NCBI GenBank assembly: GCA_020536535.1
Contig: JAHLWZ010000979.1
Coordinates: 1 to 34,090, forward strand
Length of the DNA: 34,090 bases
DNA from: Pelomyxa schiedti
Taxonomy: Eukaryota > Protista > Evosea
Reading direction: 5' to 3'
A program made the translations under genes and the position numbers. The notes under the pieces are model-generated. The model had not been told where the DNA came from and ran no database searches. It saw only the letters and a list, made by a program, of their open reading frames with translations. This document shows, one piece after another, positions 22,540 through 34,066 of this stretch (position 1 is its first letter; the number at the start of each line of letters is the position of its first letter).

Positions 22540-25512
22540 CCACGTCGGCAGTCGGTTTTATCAGTTGCAAACTCACATTGACGAAATCAACCGGCACCTT
22601 TTTGGCGGGGTGTGTGAGTCTCAGCCTGGCGCAACAACCAGCCGAGACAACGTAATATCACCAGACAGTGTGATCACCCAGGAGGCCGTGGATCAGCCAA
22701 AAACAAGGCCCAGGAGGGGAGGCGGGGGGATGGGGACACCGGTGTCCCATTGGAACGAGCCGGATCTGGGGGTTGGGATGACGCCATGCCAGAGCAACTG
22801 TGGCAACGGAAATTTTGATTTATCTCAATTGGAGTGTGAGAAGCTGGGCCAAGACAATTTACTCTCGGAAAAGCCGGGTTCCGCAAATTGTTACGGGAAT
22901 TCTGCTAGAAACGGGGAACATGTGAGAACAGAACATAGTGATGCTCGGAACGGAACCGCCGAATCTATCGGAATGGCTCAAGTCGAACAGATGTTCAAGA
23001 ACCTCTTGTTTGTGCAAAAAGTCCAGCAAATGGTGCAACGAAACTTGGACTTGCAACTCCACCAAATCAAAATTGCACTTGAGGAACGGGCAATGTGTGA
23101 ATCCAACACTCGACATGATGCATGCACTCAAACTTCATACGAAATTGAACCCCAATCATCGGAAATACAGATCAGTGATCCTGAACCAGCACCAAGCCGG
23201 GAATGTGTGATTCCATCGCCTACATCTCTTTCTGTAGAATCCTCAGTGACAGAAAATAACACTGCTCTGCAGCAACCGGTATTAGAAAATACCCAACAAC
23301 CAATAGTTACACCCGTTCCGGGAGAAAAACTCACAGCTTCCCAAACTGTAACAGATCCAAGTCCATCATCAACTCCCTTATTCAGGATCCTTTCAGATTC
23401 TTCTGTTAGTTCACCACATCCACTCCCAACACTCCCTCAGCAAGAAGTAGTCCCGTCCAGAGGTCGTAGCGATTCTATAACGAAGTCAGGTACCCCTTGC
23501 ACAACCTTCTTTCTCTTGTAACAAAACAAAAAAGGTGGGGAAACTGGATGGTCCTTTCGCAGGGCATTAACAAAGCTTGGGGCAGAAGTGTATGCAACTC
23601 CGTCACGTACTGACGTCCCAGAGGACTTGACACCTCTCTCGGCGCTCAAAAGAAAGCAATTTTTGCCCCGTCTTCGAACGAGCTTCAGTTCTCCAATTGG
23701 TCATGAGGTACGCCTTGTTTTCCATTGTTTTGCGCCTTTGATCAACCAAGGAAATGAACGCTCTTCTGGCTCAAGAAAGTGCCCTAGAAACCCCAGTCAA
23801 GAGGCCGATTGTGAGGTATACTCAACGAAAAATAATATACACCAACTAGTTCCCAGAGTGATCATTCCTGAATTCCATAGTGTCAAAGATATACAGTACA
23901 ATGGGTCCGATACAGTGGGCACATTTCTGAAATCGTTGCAGAATGTGAGTTTAGACCTTGTAGATCTTCTTACCCCTGTAGAACTATGACAGGGTTCTCC
24001 CGTTGGATAAATACTGCGTTTTCTTGCCTCTGTGCTCTCAAGCTGGTTTATCGGGGCTTCACCTTGATCTTTCAAGAACTCTCGACTCTTACTCTATTTC
24101 ATCATTGGTGCGCAACAGCCAAAACCAAACACAAGTGTAATCGTAAAACAGGTAACACCAACTTTTATTTTGTACCATGGGGAACTTCAGGAGAAGCTTC
24201 TCGACCAACCTATTTTGGAGATGCTCAGAACTTCTCTCAATGACAAAAACCTGTTGAAGTGGATAAATGCCTTGAACAATTGGACGACATTTTATGAAGA
24301 AAATAGGAGAAAGGTAGTATGAAAACTAAATACGCAAATTCACACTCTTACAGTTGCGTGACGAAATTCGTCATGGCCTACCAGATATTCTTAGAGGGTT
24401 TATCTGGCAAAAATTGTGCAAGAGCGATATGATGGAAGAAAACCATCCAACCGCTTATGATGTATTCTTATCTTTCTTATTTCTTAATTCCTAATCACCG
24501 AGCTGATAATTAACATTAACAGACATTCCTTTGTCTCGATCCCAACAATACTTTCCAACGAAAAATTAAAGCAGACCTACAGAGAACATTTCCAACGCAT
24601 CCATATTTCATATCACAAGCTGGGTGTGTATTTGCTGGCAATGTCTTGTTTTGTACAAAATGGTAAACTAGACAGACTTCGCTGTTTCGTGTATTATTTG
24701 CCTATTCCAACAAAGATCACACATTGGGGTACTGCCAAGGTTCGGACACTTATTTTGGGAAATCGGTTCTCAGTTTTCTAGGCCTCAATTTTATTGCCGG
24801 AATTTTTTTGCTTCAAATGAACGAGCAGGTAGGGGTGTTTCCCTTTGGAACAATAGGTGTCTAAAGAACTTCCACAGAATACATTCTGGGCCTTGGATGG
24901 AATGCTAAATAATCATAAAATCCGCGGTTTATTTTTACCTGATGTACCCTATCTCCGGGATACACTTAAAGTATTTGAGACACTAGTTGCCCGGCATCTA
25001 TCTGATCTCAGCAACAGATTTGTACCCCACTCATTTCCAAAAACATTATTTCTAATTTTCTCCATAGATTTCTTTGGACTTTCCCTTTGGTGCCTTTACA
25101 TCGTGGTTTCTAACTCTGTTTTCGGCTTCATTTCCTATTCCCCTAGTGCAACTTATATGGTATTTTCACAATATTAGCCTTCTACTCACCATTTTTTCAG
25201 GGATTGGTTCTTTGTGGAAGACTTCACAGTTGTTTTTAAGGTTGCCTTAGCCTTCCTAAAATTGCACAAAGGTTCAACCCCGATACTCTTTTCATTTCCA
25301 AACCGCTTTTCCCATTTTTCAGAGAAGCTTTTGCACATAGAAGTGACTGAGTTCATTCCCTTCATTCAAAGTGAACCCAATAGAATGACACCACAAGGTA
25401 TACAACAACCGGCTTCATCCTTGTACATACTTTTACAGACTATGAATCGCTGTTGACACTTGCCGCAAAATTCAGCATCCCATCCAAGATACTTGCTGAC
25501 CTGGGGATATGA
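22184..25512 (+). CDS. TBC-domain Rab GTPase-activating protein with long low-complexity N-terminus, multi-exon
   Basis: Exons give IRHGLPDILRGFIWQKL, KIKADLQRTFPTHPYF (IxxDxxR), LFRVLFAYS, GYCQ|GLNFIAGIFL (YxQ), TFWALDGML and FKVALAFL. TGA at 25510-25512. Confidence 0.88.
22499..22540 (+). repeat. (AAC)n microsatellite encoding poly-Asn
   Basis: Direct AAC tandem run within exon 1 of the TBC gene. Confidence 0.95.
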
Positions 25513-25631
25513 CCTTGCATCATTTAGCACCTAGCCATTCCATGGAACAAAAAGTAGACAAATTTTTTTTTTTTTGTTAATTTTTTTTTCCTTTCTAAAA
25601 CACCAACGACGAGACGAAGAGGGCCACGACC

Positions 25632-28600
25632 ATGTCGCGCACCCAGTCACCCAACAAGCTTCCTTCAATAAAAATCACAAAAAAACCTGGCCCCAGCCAC
25701 AACGACGGCGGTGCGCCGCCCGTTCCGTCCCGGCCGAAACCCCAGCCCTCGGCAGCCTCGTCCTCCAGCGCCACCGCAACAACAACAACAACAACAACAA
25801 CAACAACGACAACGAGGACAGCAGCAACAACAACGGCCACAACACCGAAAACGACGCACCTCCTGCCCTCGTCGCCGTCGCCTGCGCCACCGCCCTCCGC
25901 GTGCCCTAGTCGTCCGTCGAAGGCCACAGGCATCAAACCCACTACGACGCCGCAACGTCGTAGTGGGCTTGGCACAGCCGCCGCCGCCGCCGCCTCCACT
26001 GTCACCTCCACCCCGGCGCCGCCAAGCACAACGGGCAAAACCAGGGCAGCTATCGGCGATGGCGCCTCACTAAAAGGTAAAGTGCCTCGTGTGTCACCAG
26101 TGGCGCGGCATTGTGGGAGGGCTGACGCCACTCCGGCACACAGTCATCCAAGTACTAGTTCCCCAAATGGTTCAACAAATCTGTTGAGTTGTGCGTCTCT
26201 GAAGGACCACCTCAACAACAACACGATCCACAATGTTGTTGCTACAGGGAGTGACGAGTGGGGTCATGGTGAATCATCACATGGTGGCAGTGACTTTTGT
26301 GATGCAGATGCGTTATCTTTCTCTACTACAACCTCTTCAGTAGGACACATCGTACCACAATGCCCAAATACAACAAAACTTGCACCAAAAAAAAGAAAAT
26401 ACAAGAGCAATGAAGAACTCTACAAAAATGAAGCTGAAATTGCAGATGTCGAGCAACAGATGAATGAACAGAGAGAAGAGAAATGCAGGCTAAGCAAAGA
26501 GATAGCTGCAGCACAGTTAAAGATGGATCTTAAGTGTAGTGGTGAGGAATTGGCTAACAATAAATGCACACTGGCCACTCTCAATGCTGAATTGGAAAAA
26601 GTGAGCAAATTCCTGGAGTCTTTGGAACGGAAGAGGACAAGATTAGAAAAAAAGAATGATATTCTCCTGCAGTGCATGAAAGAAAATGTAAAGGTGCATG
26701 CAGATGGGTGTTGCCAAGAACCACTGTCATTTCTCATTGCCGAAAATCCTGCTTCTGAATCATTGAATGCTTACAGAGCCATTGGGAAGCTGATTTGTGC
26801 CACAGAACCTATACTTCCCACCCTCCACAAGGCCCTTGAACATGCACACAATGCAACGGAATATAACCCATTTATATTGCTTTGTGGTTCTTCTGGTGTT
26901 GGTAAGACCCAACTAGGTTTTACTCTTGCATACAGCATACCAACAATGTAAGTACATGCATTTAAATTTTAGGCCTAAAACATAAAAAGATATGTTCCTA
27001 TTTGCGCTCTTTCAGATAGTAACCAAGCCATCTATAATACTTTTGCCCCCTTCAGTAATTCTCTGCTGGAGTGCGCAAAAAGAGATTTGGCTGATATAAA
27101 GAACATTGAGGGATGGGGCCTCAATGTGGCGTCTCTCAGAGAAAAAACACTCTGGACCTATGCTTGGGTTCATTGGGTCATTCAAAACAAAGACCGGCAG
27201 TGGCCCTGGTATGCTGCAGATGGAGGTTTCACCATTACCCTTGAGAGAAAAGTCCATTGCTCTGTTGTGTCCAGGTTGATTAAGGCACTGAAGCCTTGTT
27301 CACTTTGCTTTTTTTTGGATGAGGTCACACTTGATCCAGAAAACGACTTGCATTTATTCCTCAGGAATGCATTTCGAGCATGTTGGACATCACCAATCTT
27401 GTGTGGATCCGATTTGAATGCTGCTAATGCTTGTAAATCAACAGCTTCTGGCAGTTTAACCTGGTGCCTGCTCATAAACAGAACTTCTGTTTCCCTGCAC
27501 CCACAGACCCCACGCATTGTTGCCGTAGAATTACTCCTGCCAAACCTTGCTGATGGGGATCAATCATGTTCAAACTTGCTGAACTACTTATTGAAGAACT
27601 CCCGACCGCGCTTTGCTCTCTGGGTTGCTGATTTTTTAGAGGAACAAAATACCACAGTTGGATCACGTACTGATTTTGCTCAGCTTCTCAACTCTATGTG
27701 CACTAAGATTGCCACTGAGGTACTCAAAACAAAGGCAACAATCCGAGCCACAGATGATGGCAGAATGGCAACACTTGCTTTAATGTCGCCTATTGTATAT
27801 AATAAAAAAGAGGGTGCCCCCCTGGAATCTCCCCTGGTTTCGCACCATTTTGCTCACCTTACCTTGGCTGAGGGGACCATTCATTGTCTGGAACTATGGT
27901 TCCCGCATACACTGAGACTAAATGGAGATGACTTCGAGCCACTAGTTCAAAGTCACTTTCCTAACCCAGAGACAGAAGTTATATTACATATGTGCCTGAG
28001 CGGTACTTTGGGTACATGGCCACTGTTTGACAAACATGAAAAGCCCACAACAGCAAGAGTGGCCTTCTATGAATGCTTGCAACGTTCCTCAAGGTCTCTT
28101 TTAAAAGTCAACACAAATGCAGTTCACAATGATGGGGATTACCTGGAACAACTGTGTTGTATTGCTGCCTGTGTTGGATCACATGTTGAAGGCTTCTTGA
28201 AGAATGGGATGCCATTGAGTACTTTCTTTGGCTTCTTCCTTCGGCACCTGCTATCACCACCACAGTCCTCTAACGCACCTGATTCTTCTGATGAGTCGTC
28301 ATACTGTTCACAGTCAGAGTCTGAAGACTCTGACATTGCTGACTCCAGTTGTGAAGAAGAGGTAGAGGTGGAACCACAGCCCCTGGAGTCTGCCGACTCC
28401 CCGGTCCCAGAGAGGAGGGAGTCTTCTGATGAAGAGGCCTCACCATCACCTTCAGATAGTTCATATAATGCGGAATATGCCACAGAATCCTCTGCTCCTG
28501 CCCCAACTTTACCCTTCTCAGCAGTGCGATTGACTAAAAAGCTTGAGGATTTCTGCCCGGCTCTACTACATTTGTGTGTTGGCTTCCTGAGCCCTCCCAA

Positions 28601-29099
28601 TCAAAGATGGCCCAAGGTGTTGACTAGTGTAGGTGATCATATCAAGCTTGGGAGCATTGACAGAGAGAAAAATGCCACTGGTACTGACATCTTCATTGAT
28701 GGCGGGTTAATAAGCATTGAGGCCAAAAACCACAAAGCAGCACTGAAAAGCAGTGTGCTCAAAGATGTCATTGACCGAATACAAATGAAAACCTTGATAA
28801 CAATTCTCGTGTGTCAGAAGCTCCAAAGTGTGTACTTCAAGAAGAAGAAGGGGAAAACCAAATTTGCGAGGAAACCAGGACCCACAGAGAATCTTTCAAT
28901 AATTGGTGCAAAAATTGCCAAGGACCGCAATACTGTACAACTATTCCCCATACCAGGCGTTCCACAGCTAGCTCCAGCAAAAACACAAAGGCTTCTCTGT
29001 GTTGTGCCCATTGGTAACCCCTGCCCCACACCAAAATTTCCAAATCAGCACCATCCCAGCCCCACACCAAGTAAAAAGCCTCGCCATCACACCAGCTGA
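25632..29099 (+). CDS. Crinkler(CRN)-like P-loop NTPase + PD-(D/E)XK restriction-endonuclease-fold protein with low-complexity/coiled-coil N-terminus; one 42-nt intron (26948-26989)
   Basis: The two long ORFs are in the same frame and are joined by a GTAAGT...AG intron, giving ~1141 aa. Walker A ILLCGSSGVGKTQ (G at 26886), Walker B FFLDE, FLRNAFRAC...ILCGSD, HNDGDYLE, and nuclease motif GTDIF...ISIEAKNH (28686-28727). Confidence 0.8.
25777..25832 (+). repeat. (ACA)n microsatellite encoding poly-Thr
   Basis: Tandem AAC/ACA run in the first exon, degenerating to ACG/GCA. Confidence 0.9.
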
Positions 29100-29294
29100 G
29101 GTTTTGTTCACAGCAGGAAGTGTGGGTGTATCCCTTTCCTAAATACATTCAGAATTTTTCACAGCTTTGATTGTCACAACAACCATCAAAAAAAAATCGA
29201 TTCCCACGAGTGGTGACCATTTTGTTCCCTTTTCCATCACACATCGTACAATCTACTCTTGTTTATTGTTTTGCTACCGTAAATAGAATCTAGT

Positions 29295-30596
29295 TCACAG
29301 AAAGCAGGATAGAACAGAGGAGGAATGCCAGATGATCGCACGAAGTGGTCTGAACAAATTGAAGGTGATGACGTGGGCACCAGAGGACTCCTCAGTCACG
29401 TGCATCTCCTTGAGGGAGGCACTTGTCTGGAACAGCAGGCCACCTTCAACGAAAGAGTGCTTGGTTGCGATACAACTCTGTGTCCTCACTGGCTTGGTTG
29501 TGTCATTCACATCCCACACTTCATAGGTGTCACAAGAGGCCCCAAGCGTGCGGAACTGTGACTGGTTCATCTGTGACACACGAAAATTAGCTTCCATGGC
29601 TTTTTGAAATGTTGGTGCTGACTTGCCAGTTCCCTCCTCAATTGTAAAAGCAGGTACATCACCTCTCTGATTGATGAAACAATGGGAACCACTCTCCTTG
29701 CGAAATGCAAAGTATTTGCCAAAAAATAGTACGTACCAGCGGGAGTGGCCCATCAACTGAATGCCATCCAACTTTGGATCAGTGGAACTCACCACAATGA
29801 GCCTGTTTGATGCACAAGTTTTCTCAAGATCAACCAACACAAGCTTGAAGTTGATCTTTTTCCGCTCACTGCAGATAAGCAACAGGTAATTTTCATCTGG
29901 ACCCACAAACTTAGGTTCACAAAACTCCCACCTCCTGTCAAGAGACACCACAGTTGGCTTCTTTATGTTGTTTCCTGCACCACCGTAACATGCTCCCTTC
30001 CTTGGTATCTGGACGACCACCATCTTTCCCGGCATACCTGCAAGCAACACCAACCACTTTCCAGTTACCACGGTTCTCCGAACCTTCCCAGCAAACAGCG
30101 GTATCTTCCTGCCATTTGCCCTGTCCTGCAGGCTGAAAACTGACCGGCTTTTCACCAAGAAGTAGTCCTCGTTCGCTCCAAGCGCCACAATTCCCTGTGG
30201 CAGTCCCCAGGAAAAGGCCCACCACCTCATTTCATGGGTGAGAGTCAGCAGCACCAACGAGACTCCGAACGTGATCATCACTGCCTTGCTCCTCACATCG
30301 ACCCACTCCACCTTCTGCCCTTCATCAATCACCAACTCCACACAATAGAACCTCGATGTCTCCATCAGCCACAACCACATCAGCCTCAAAACCAGAGTCC
30401 CGTCCCCCCCGCAGCAAGTAATTCCGCCTCCCATAATAATCGAAATTAGCCGCAGCGGGCACCGCTCGCCGCACCTCGTGTGCATGCCCACTGCCAGCGC
30501 CCCAACTTGGTCCCTCATCCTCGTCGGCGGGGGACCCTCTTGTTGCGCGAAATCGTTTGCGACGGTCACTGCTTTGCCGGTGCGTTTTCCCCTCAT
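29295..30596 (-). CDS. intronless lineage-specific family protein, paralogue A (header motif + beta-strand-rich, propeller-like C-terminus)
   Basis: Long uninterrupted ORF. Start chosen at MRGKRTGKAV (30596) by alignment with the neighbour's MFRSQRRAGKVV; an upstream in-frame GTG at 30737 is less likely. Shares RDQVGAL, LTHEMRWW, GKWLV and SFVEGGLLF...VTEESSG.HV.TFNLFR with paralogue B. Confidence 0.8.
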   Translation of the reverse strand: MRGKRTGKAVTVANDFAQQEGPPPTRMRDQVGALAVGMHTRCGERCPLRLISIIMGGGITCCGGDGTLVLRLMWLWLMETSRFYCVELVIDEGQKVEWVDVRSKAVMITFGVSLVLLTLTHEMRWWAFSWGLPQGIVALGANEDYFLVKSRSVFSLQDRANGRKIPLFAGKVRRTVVTGKWLVLLAGMPGKMVVVQIPRKGACYGGAGNNIKKPTVVSLDRRWEFCEPKFVGPDENYLLLICSERKKINFKLVLVDLEKTCASNRLIVVSSTDPKLDGIQLMGHSRWYVLFFGKYFAFRKESGSHCFINQRGDVPAFTIEEGTGKSAPTFQKAMEANFRVSQMNQSQFRTLGASCDTYEVWDVNDTTKPVRTQSCIATKHSFVEGGLLFQTSASLKEMHVTEESSGAHVITFNLFRPLRAIIWHSSSVLSCFL

Positions 30597-30883
30597 GGCG
30601 CTCACAGTTTTATGTTTTGCCTGGTGGACGATCTCGGAGCACCTGCTCGCAAATAGGTCTGGGCAGGGTGACGATTTGGCTGGTGGATGTTCGTTGAAAT
30701 TAGATTGTTTTGATGGGAGAAATGCCCCACCCTGCACACACTCTTAGCTTCATGGTTATCCCTCTTGCACTCCTTTGGTAAGTGGCCCAGATTTTGACCC
30801 CGTCCACTTTAGGCTCAGATACCCTACCTGTCTCATCAGATGCCAACTGATAAAAGACTTTTTTTTAAATTCACGTTTGAGCA

Positions 30884-32065
30884 TCAGAGAGGGAAAGAGA
30901 AGTGGGGGGCAACTCTACACAGGCGCCTGAACAAGTTGAATGTCATGACGTGGTCACCAGAGGATTCCTCAGTCACTTGTATCTGGGGGTCTACGTGGTG
31001 CCACGCTGTCATATGGAACAGAAGGCCACCCTCAACAAAGGAGAGTTTCACATCCAACACTCGGTGGGCTTCGGGATGCTGGAACTTGCATAACTGCGAA
31101 TGATTCGTTGGTTGCCACTTGCCACTTGTCCCATCCACCGTGATGAAACCTCCTTCTGCATAAATGGAGGGTGTCGCATGGGTACCTGCTCTCAAGATAA
31201 AGGAATGGGAACCAGTCTCATTTCTGAATGCAAAGCAAGTGAAGCCGCAACTACCAGCCAATGGAAAGGGTGATGGCAGATCACGCAAACTGAGAGTGGC
31301 CGAGCCAATAACAGTCAATTTCTTTGATTCACAGGTTTGCACAAGGTCGACAAGCAAAATCCCAACGCAGAATGCAGACCTGCCATACCAGCGAACTAAA
31401 AAGTGGTCTTCATTGGTTCCCACAAGCTCAGGAACACAAAATTTCCACCTTGGGTCAGTTTGGACAGTTGTTGGCTTCTGGATGGTCACTTGTCCTGTTG
31501 TGCTCTTATTTGGTATTCTTACAACAACCAATTCTCTTTTGGAGTGGTCACACGTCACAAGCCACTTCCCATTCACCCTTTGCCTGCTCCAGCTTGAGGT
31601 ACACAGCAGCTGTATCCTCTGTCCAGTTACCCTATCCAGTAACAGGTGCACCCTCTGTGATCCCCTCATCTTCCCCACTACCAAGTAATCCCGACTGGCA
31701 CCAATCAGCTCCTCGTGCCCCCTTTGCACCCACCACCTCATTTCATGTGTCAGTGACCGCAGCACCAAGGAAAAACCAAAGGTGATCATCAGTCTATTAT
31801 CCCCTTCAAGATAATCCCACATTGTACAGTAGAACCTAGAGTGGTCAATAATCCACCACCACAGCAGCCTGACAACCAGAATCCCATAATCCCCGCAGCC
31901 GCCGAGCAGAGTGCCGCCACCCATAATCCGCAGCGGGCACGCGGCCCCGCACCGAGGGTGTGCCGCCCCTGTCACCAGCGCGCCAACTTGGTCCCTCGCT
32001 GTTTGCAGCACCGGGACCGGCGCCACGGCGACAACTTTGCCGGCCCGCCGTTGGCTCCTGAACAT
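30884..32065 (-). CDS. intronless lineage-specific family protein, paralogue B
   Basis: 393-aa ORF collinear with the 29295-30596 ORF across the same motif blocks. Confidence 0.82.
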   Translation of the reverse strand: MFRSQRRAGKVVAVAPVPVLQTARDQVGALVTGAAHPRCGAACPLRIMGGGTLLGGCGDYGILVVRLLWWWIIDHSRFYCTMWDYLEGDNRLMITFGFSLVLRSLTHEMRWWVQRGHEELIGASRDYLVVGKMRGSQRVHLLLDRVTGQRIQLLCTSSWSRQRVNGKWLVTCDHSKRELVVVRIPNKSTTGQVTIQKPTTVQTDPRWKFCVPELVGTNEDHFLVRWYGRSAFCVGILLVDLVQTCESKKLTVIGSATLSLRDLPSPFPLAGSCGFTCFAFRNETGSHSFILRAGTHATPSIYAEGGFITVDGTSGKWQPTNHSQLCKFQHPEAHRVLDVKLSFVEGGLLFHMTAWHHVDPQIQVTEESSGDHVMTFNLFRRLCRVAPHFSFPL

Positions 32066-32161
32066 TTTTTTCTGCTGGTCACTCGAAAGTGACGAAAAAA
32101 AAAAGTGTTGCTTTGGGTCCTCTTGACCATAGTCGTTTGTTACGGTGACGAAAGAAAGGAG

Positions 32162-34066
32162 TTAGGGATTTTGGGAAGCATTGTAGGCTTTCATGTCGTT
32201 TTGGTATCTCAGTTTGTCAGCTTGTGCCTGGTCAACAAATGGTTGCTTCTCCTGTTGTGTAAGGGCCTTCCATTCTGCGCCGATGGTCTTGATGCGCTCA
32301 CACACGTTCATTGTTGGCTGTGATTCCTTCATTTGGGGAAGCCTGTGCTCACAGAATAACATGTACGCTGTTTTGGCCCTCTTTGGCTGGTTGGGGTCCA
32401 ATTTGATATGCTTTCTGATTGGCTTTTCTGTTGTGTCGGAGTCCGAGTCTGATGAGGATGGGTCTCCTCCTATTCTCTTTGAGGGAACAGTTGCTGCACA
32501 AGTTGTTGCTGTTGCTCCTTCTTCTGTTTTGTTTGCCAAGCTGAGGTTGTATTCTTCCATGTCTTTCTGGTATCTCTGCTTTTCGGCCTCAGCCTTGGCA
32601 ACAAAGGGTTGTTTGTCTTCTGGTGACATGGACTTCCACATTTCACCAAGTTTCTTCATGTATTCAACAGGCCTCATTCCTGGTGTGGCTGCAACAAGGC
32701 CCGGCCTCCTGTCCCCCACAAAGAGGATGTATGCTGACATGGGCCTCTTTGGGCGGTTGGGGTCCTTTTGGATTCTTCTTGGTTTCTTGGAACTCTCTTC
32801 TTCAGAGGACTCCTCTGCGTCCTCCTTTTCTTTATTATCTGAGTCTGATGAGGATGGTGAACTTGCAGGACGATGTCTCCCTCCTCCTCTTCTCTTTGAG
32901 GGAACAGTTGCTGTGGTGGTTACTTCTTTTTCTGGAAGAGCAGCTGCTTCTGGTTTGTTTGCCAAGCTGAGGTTGTATTCTTCCATGTCTTTCTGGTATC
33001 TCTGCTTGTCAGCCTCAGCCTTGGCAAAGAAGGGTTGCTTGTCTTCTGGTGACATGGACTTCCACATTTCGCCAAGTTTCTTCATGCATTCAACAGGCCT
33101 CATTCCTGGTGTGGTGGCAACAAGGCCTGGCCTCCTGTCCTCCGCGAAGATCATGTAGGCCGACCTGGGCCTCTTTGGGTGGTTGGGGTCCTTTTTGGCT
33201 TTTTTCCTTTTTATTGGTTTCATTGGGCTCTCTTCTTCAGAAGACTCCTCTGCATCCTCCTCAAGGGGTTCAGGCTTAGAACCTTTCTTGGTCGCAAGAA
33301 ATTGTTTTTTCTGTTGCTCAGAAAGGTCCATAAACGGCTGGAAAAGTGGTGAGCTTCATTCAACATGAATGTATGAGAGAGAAATTGTACTTTCTTGTCA
33401 AGTGCGGACATTTCTTTCCACATTCTGGCAAGGTGCAGTGTCACGGCATGTTCTTGTGCTGAAGGGCCCAAGGATTTCCGGACTTCATCTCTTTTCTCAC
33501 GTGCAAATAAGAAATAAGCGGGCATTGGGCGCTTCTGTGCCTCGAGAATTCCGCTGTTATCTTCTTCCGGGTGTGCCTCAGCCATGTTGTTATCGGTAAT
33601 ATTGGTTGCCGAGTTCTCTTTTTGTTGCAAATAGATCCTTTTTTGTTCTTCTGCAAGGACCAGCCATTGCTGAAGAGGAACGAAATGTAAGAATGGCAAA
33701 GTGAAGTGCGGTAAAAAAAAACCACACCAGTGTTTCTGATTTAGAGAGGGCTTTCCACATCCGGGCTATCTCCGTTGCAACTGCTGGGAATGAGGCGTCG
33801 GGGCCAAGAGATTTTATTACCTCATCCCTCTTCTTTTCCTGGAAAAGCATGTAAGCTGACTTTGGCCGCTTCAGAACCCCGGTCTCAGCAGTAAGTTCTT
33901 TCATCCCTTTGAGGTTCCCACTGCTACTTCCAGAGCCACCAACACCAACAACAACATCAGGCATTGAATTGTTTGTTGTTGGGTCACATAAGTGAAGGAC
34001 TGCCTTTTCGCGATCATAATCGTCACTGGTTCCCGTGGCGGAACTTGGTTTGTCCCCTTGCATCAT
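32162..34066 (-). CDS. HMG-box protein with five HMG boxes; introns 33670-33727 and 33338-33390
   Basis: Five KRxxx(A)Y..F...W boxes: KRPKSAYMLF, KRPMPAYFLF, KRPRSAYMIF, KRPMSAYILF, KRAKTAYMLF. Both GT-AG introns join in phase 0. Probable ATG at 34066; further 5' exons outside the window cannot be excluded. Confidence 0.92.
32465..33262. repeat. intragenic tandem duplication (period about 420-435 nt) producing HMG boxes 3 and 4
   Basis: Near-identical blocks, e.g. GTTTGCCAAGCTGAGGTTGTATTCTTCCATGTCTTTCTGG at 32531 and 32957, and GACATGGACTTCCACATTT at ~32625 and 33051. Confidence 0.92.

Noticed and set aside
26949-26951. In-frame TAA between two same-frame ORFs suggesting readthrough, an alternative genetic code or a pseudogene
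   Set aside because: It lies inside a canonical 42-nt GTAAGT...AG intron, and other genes here use TAA and TGA as normal stops.
32193-33158. 321-aa + strand ORF
   Set aside because: Antisense shadow of the HMG-box gene.
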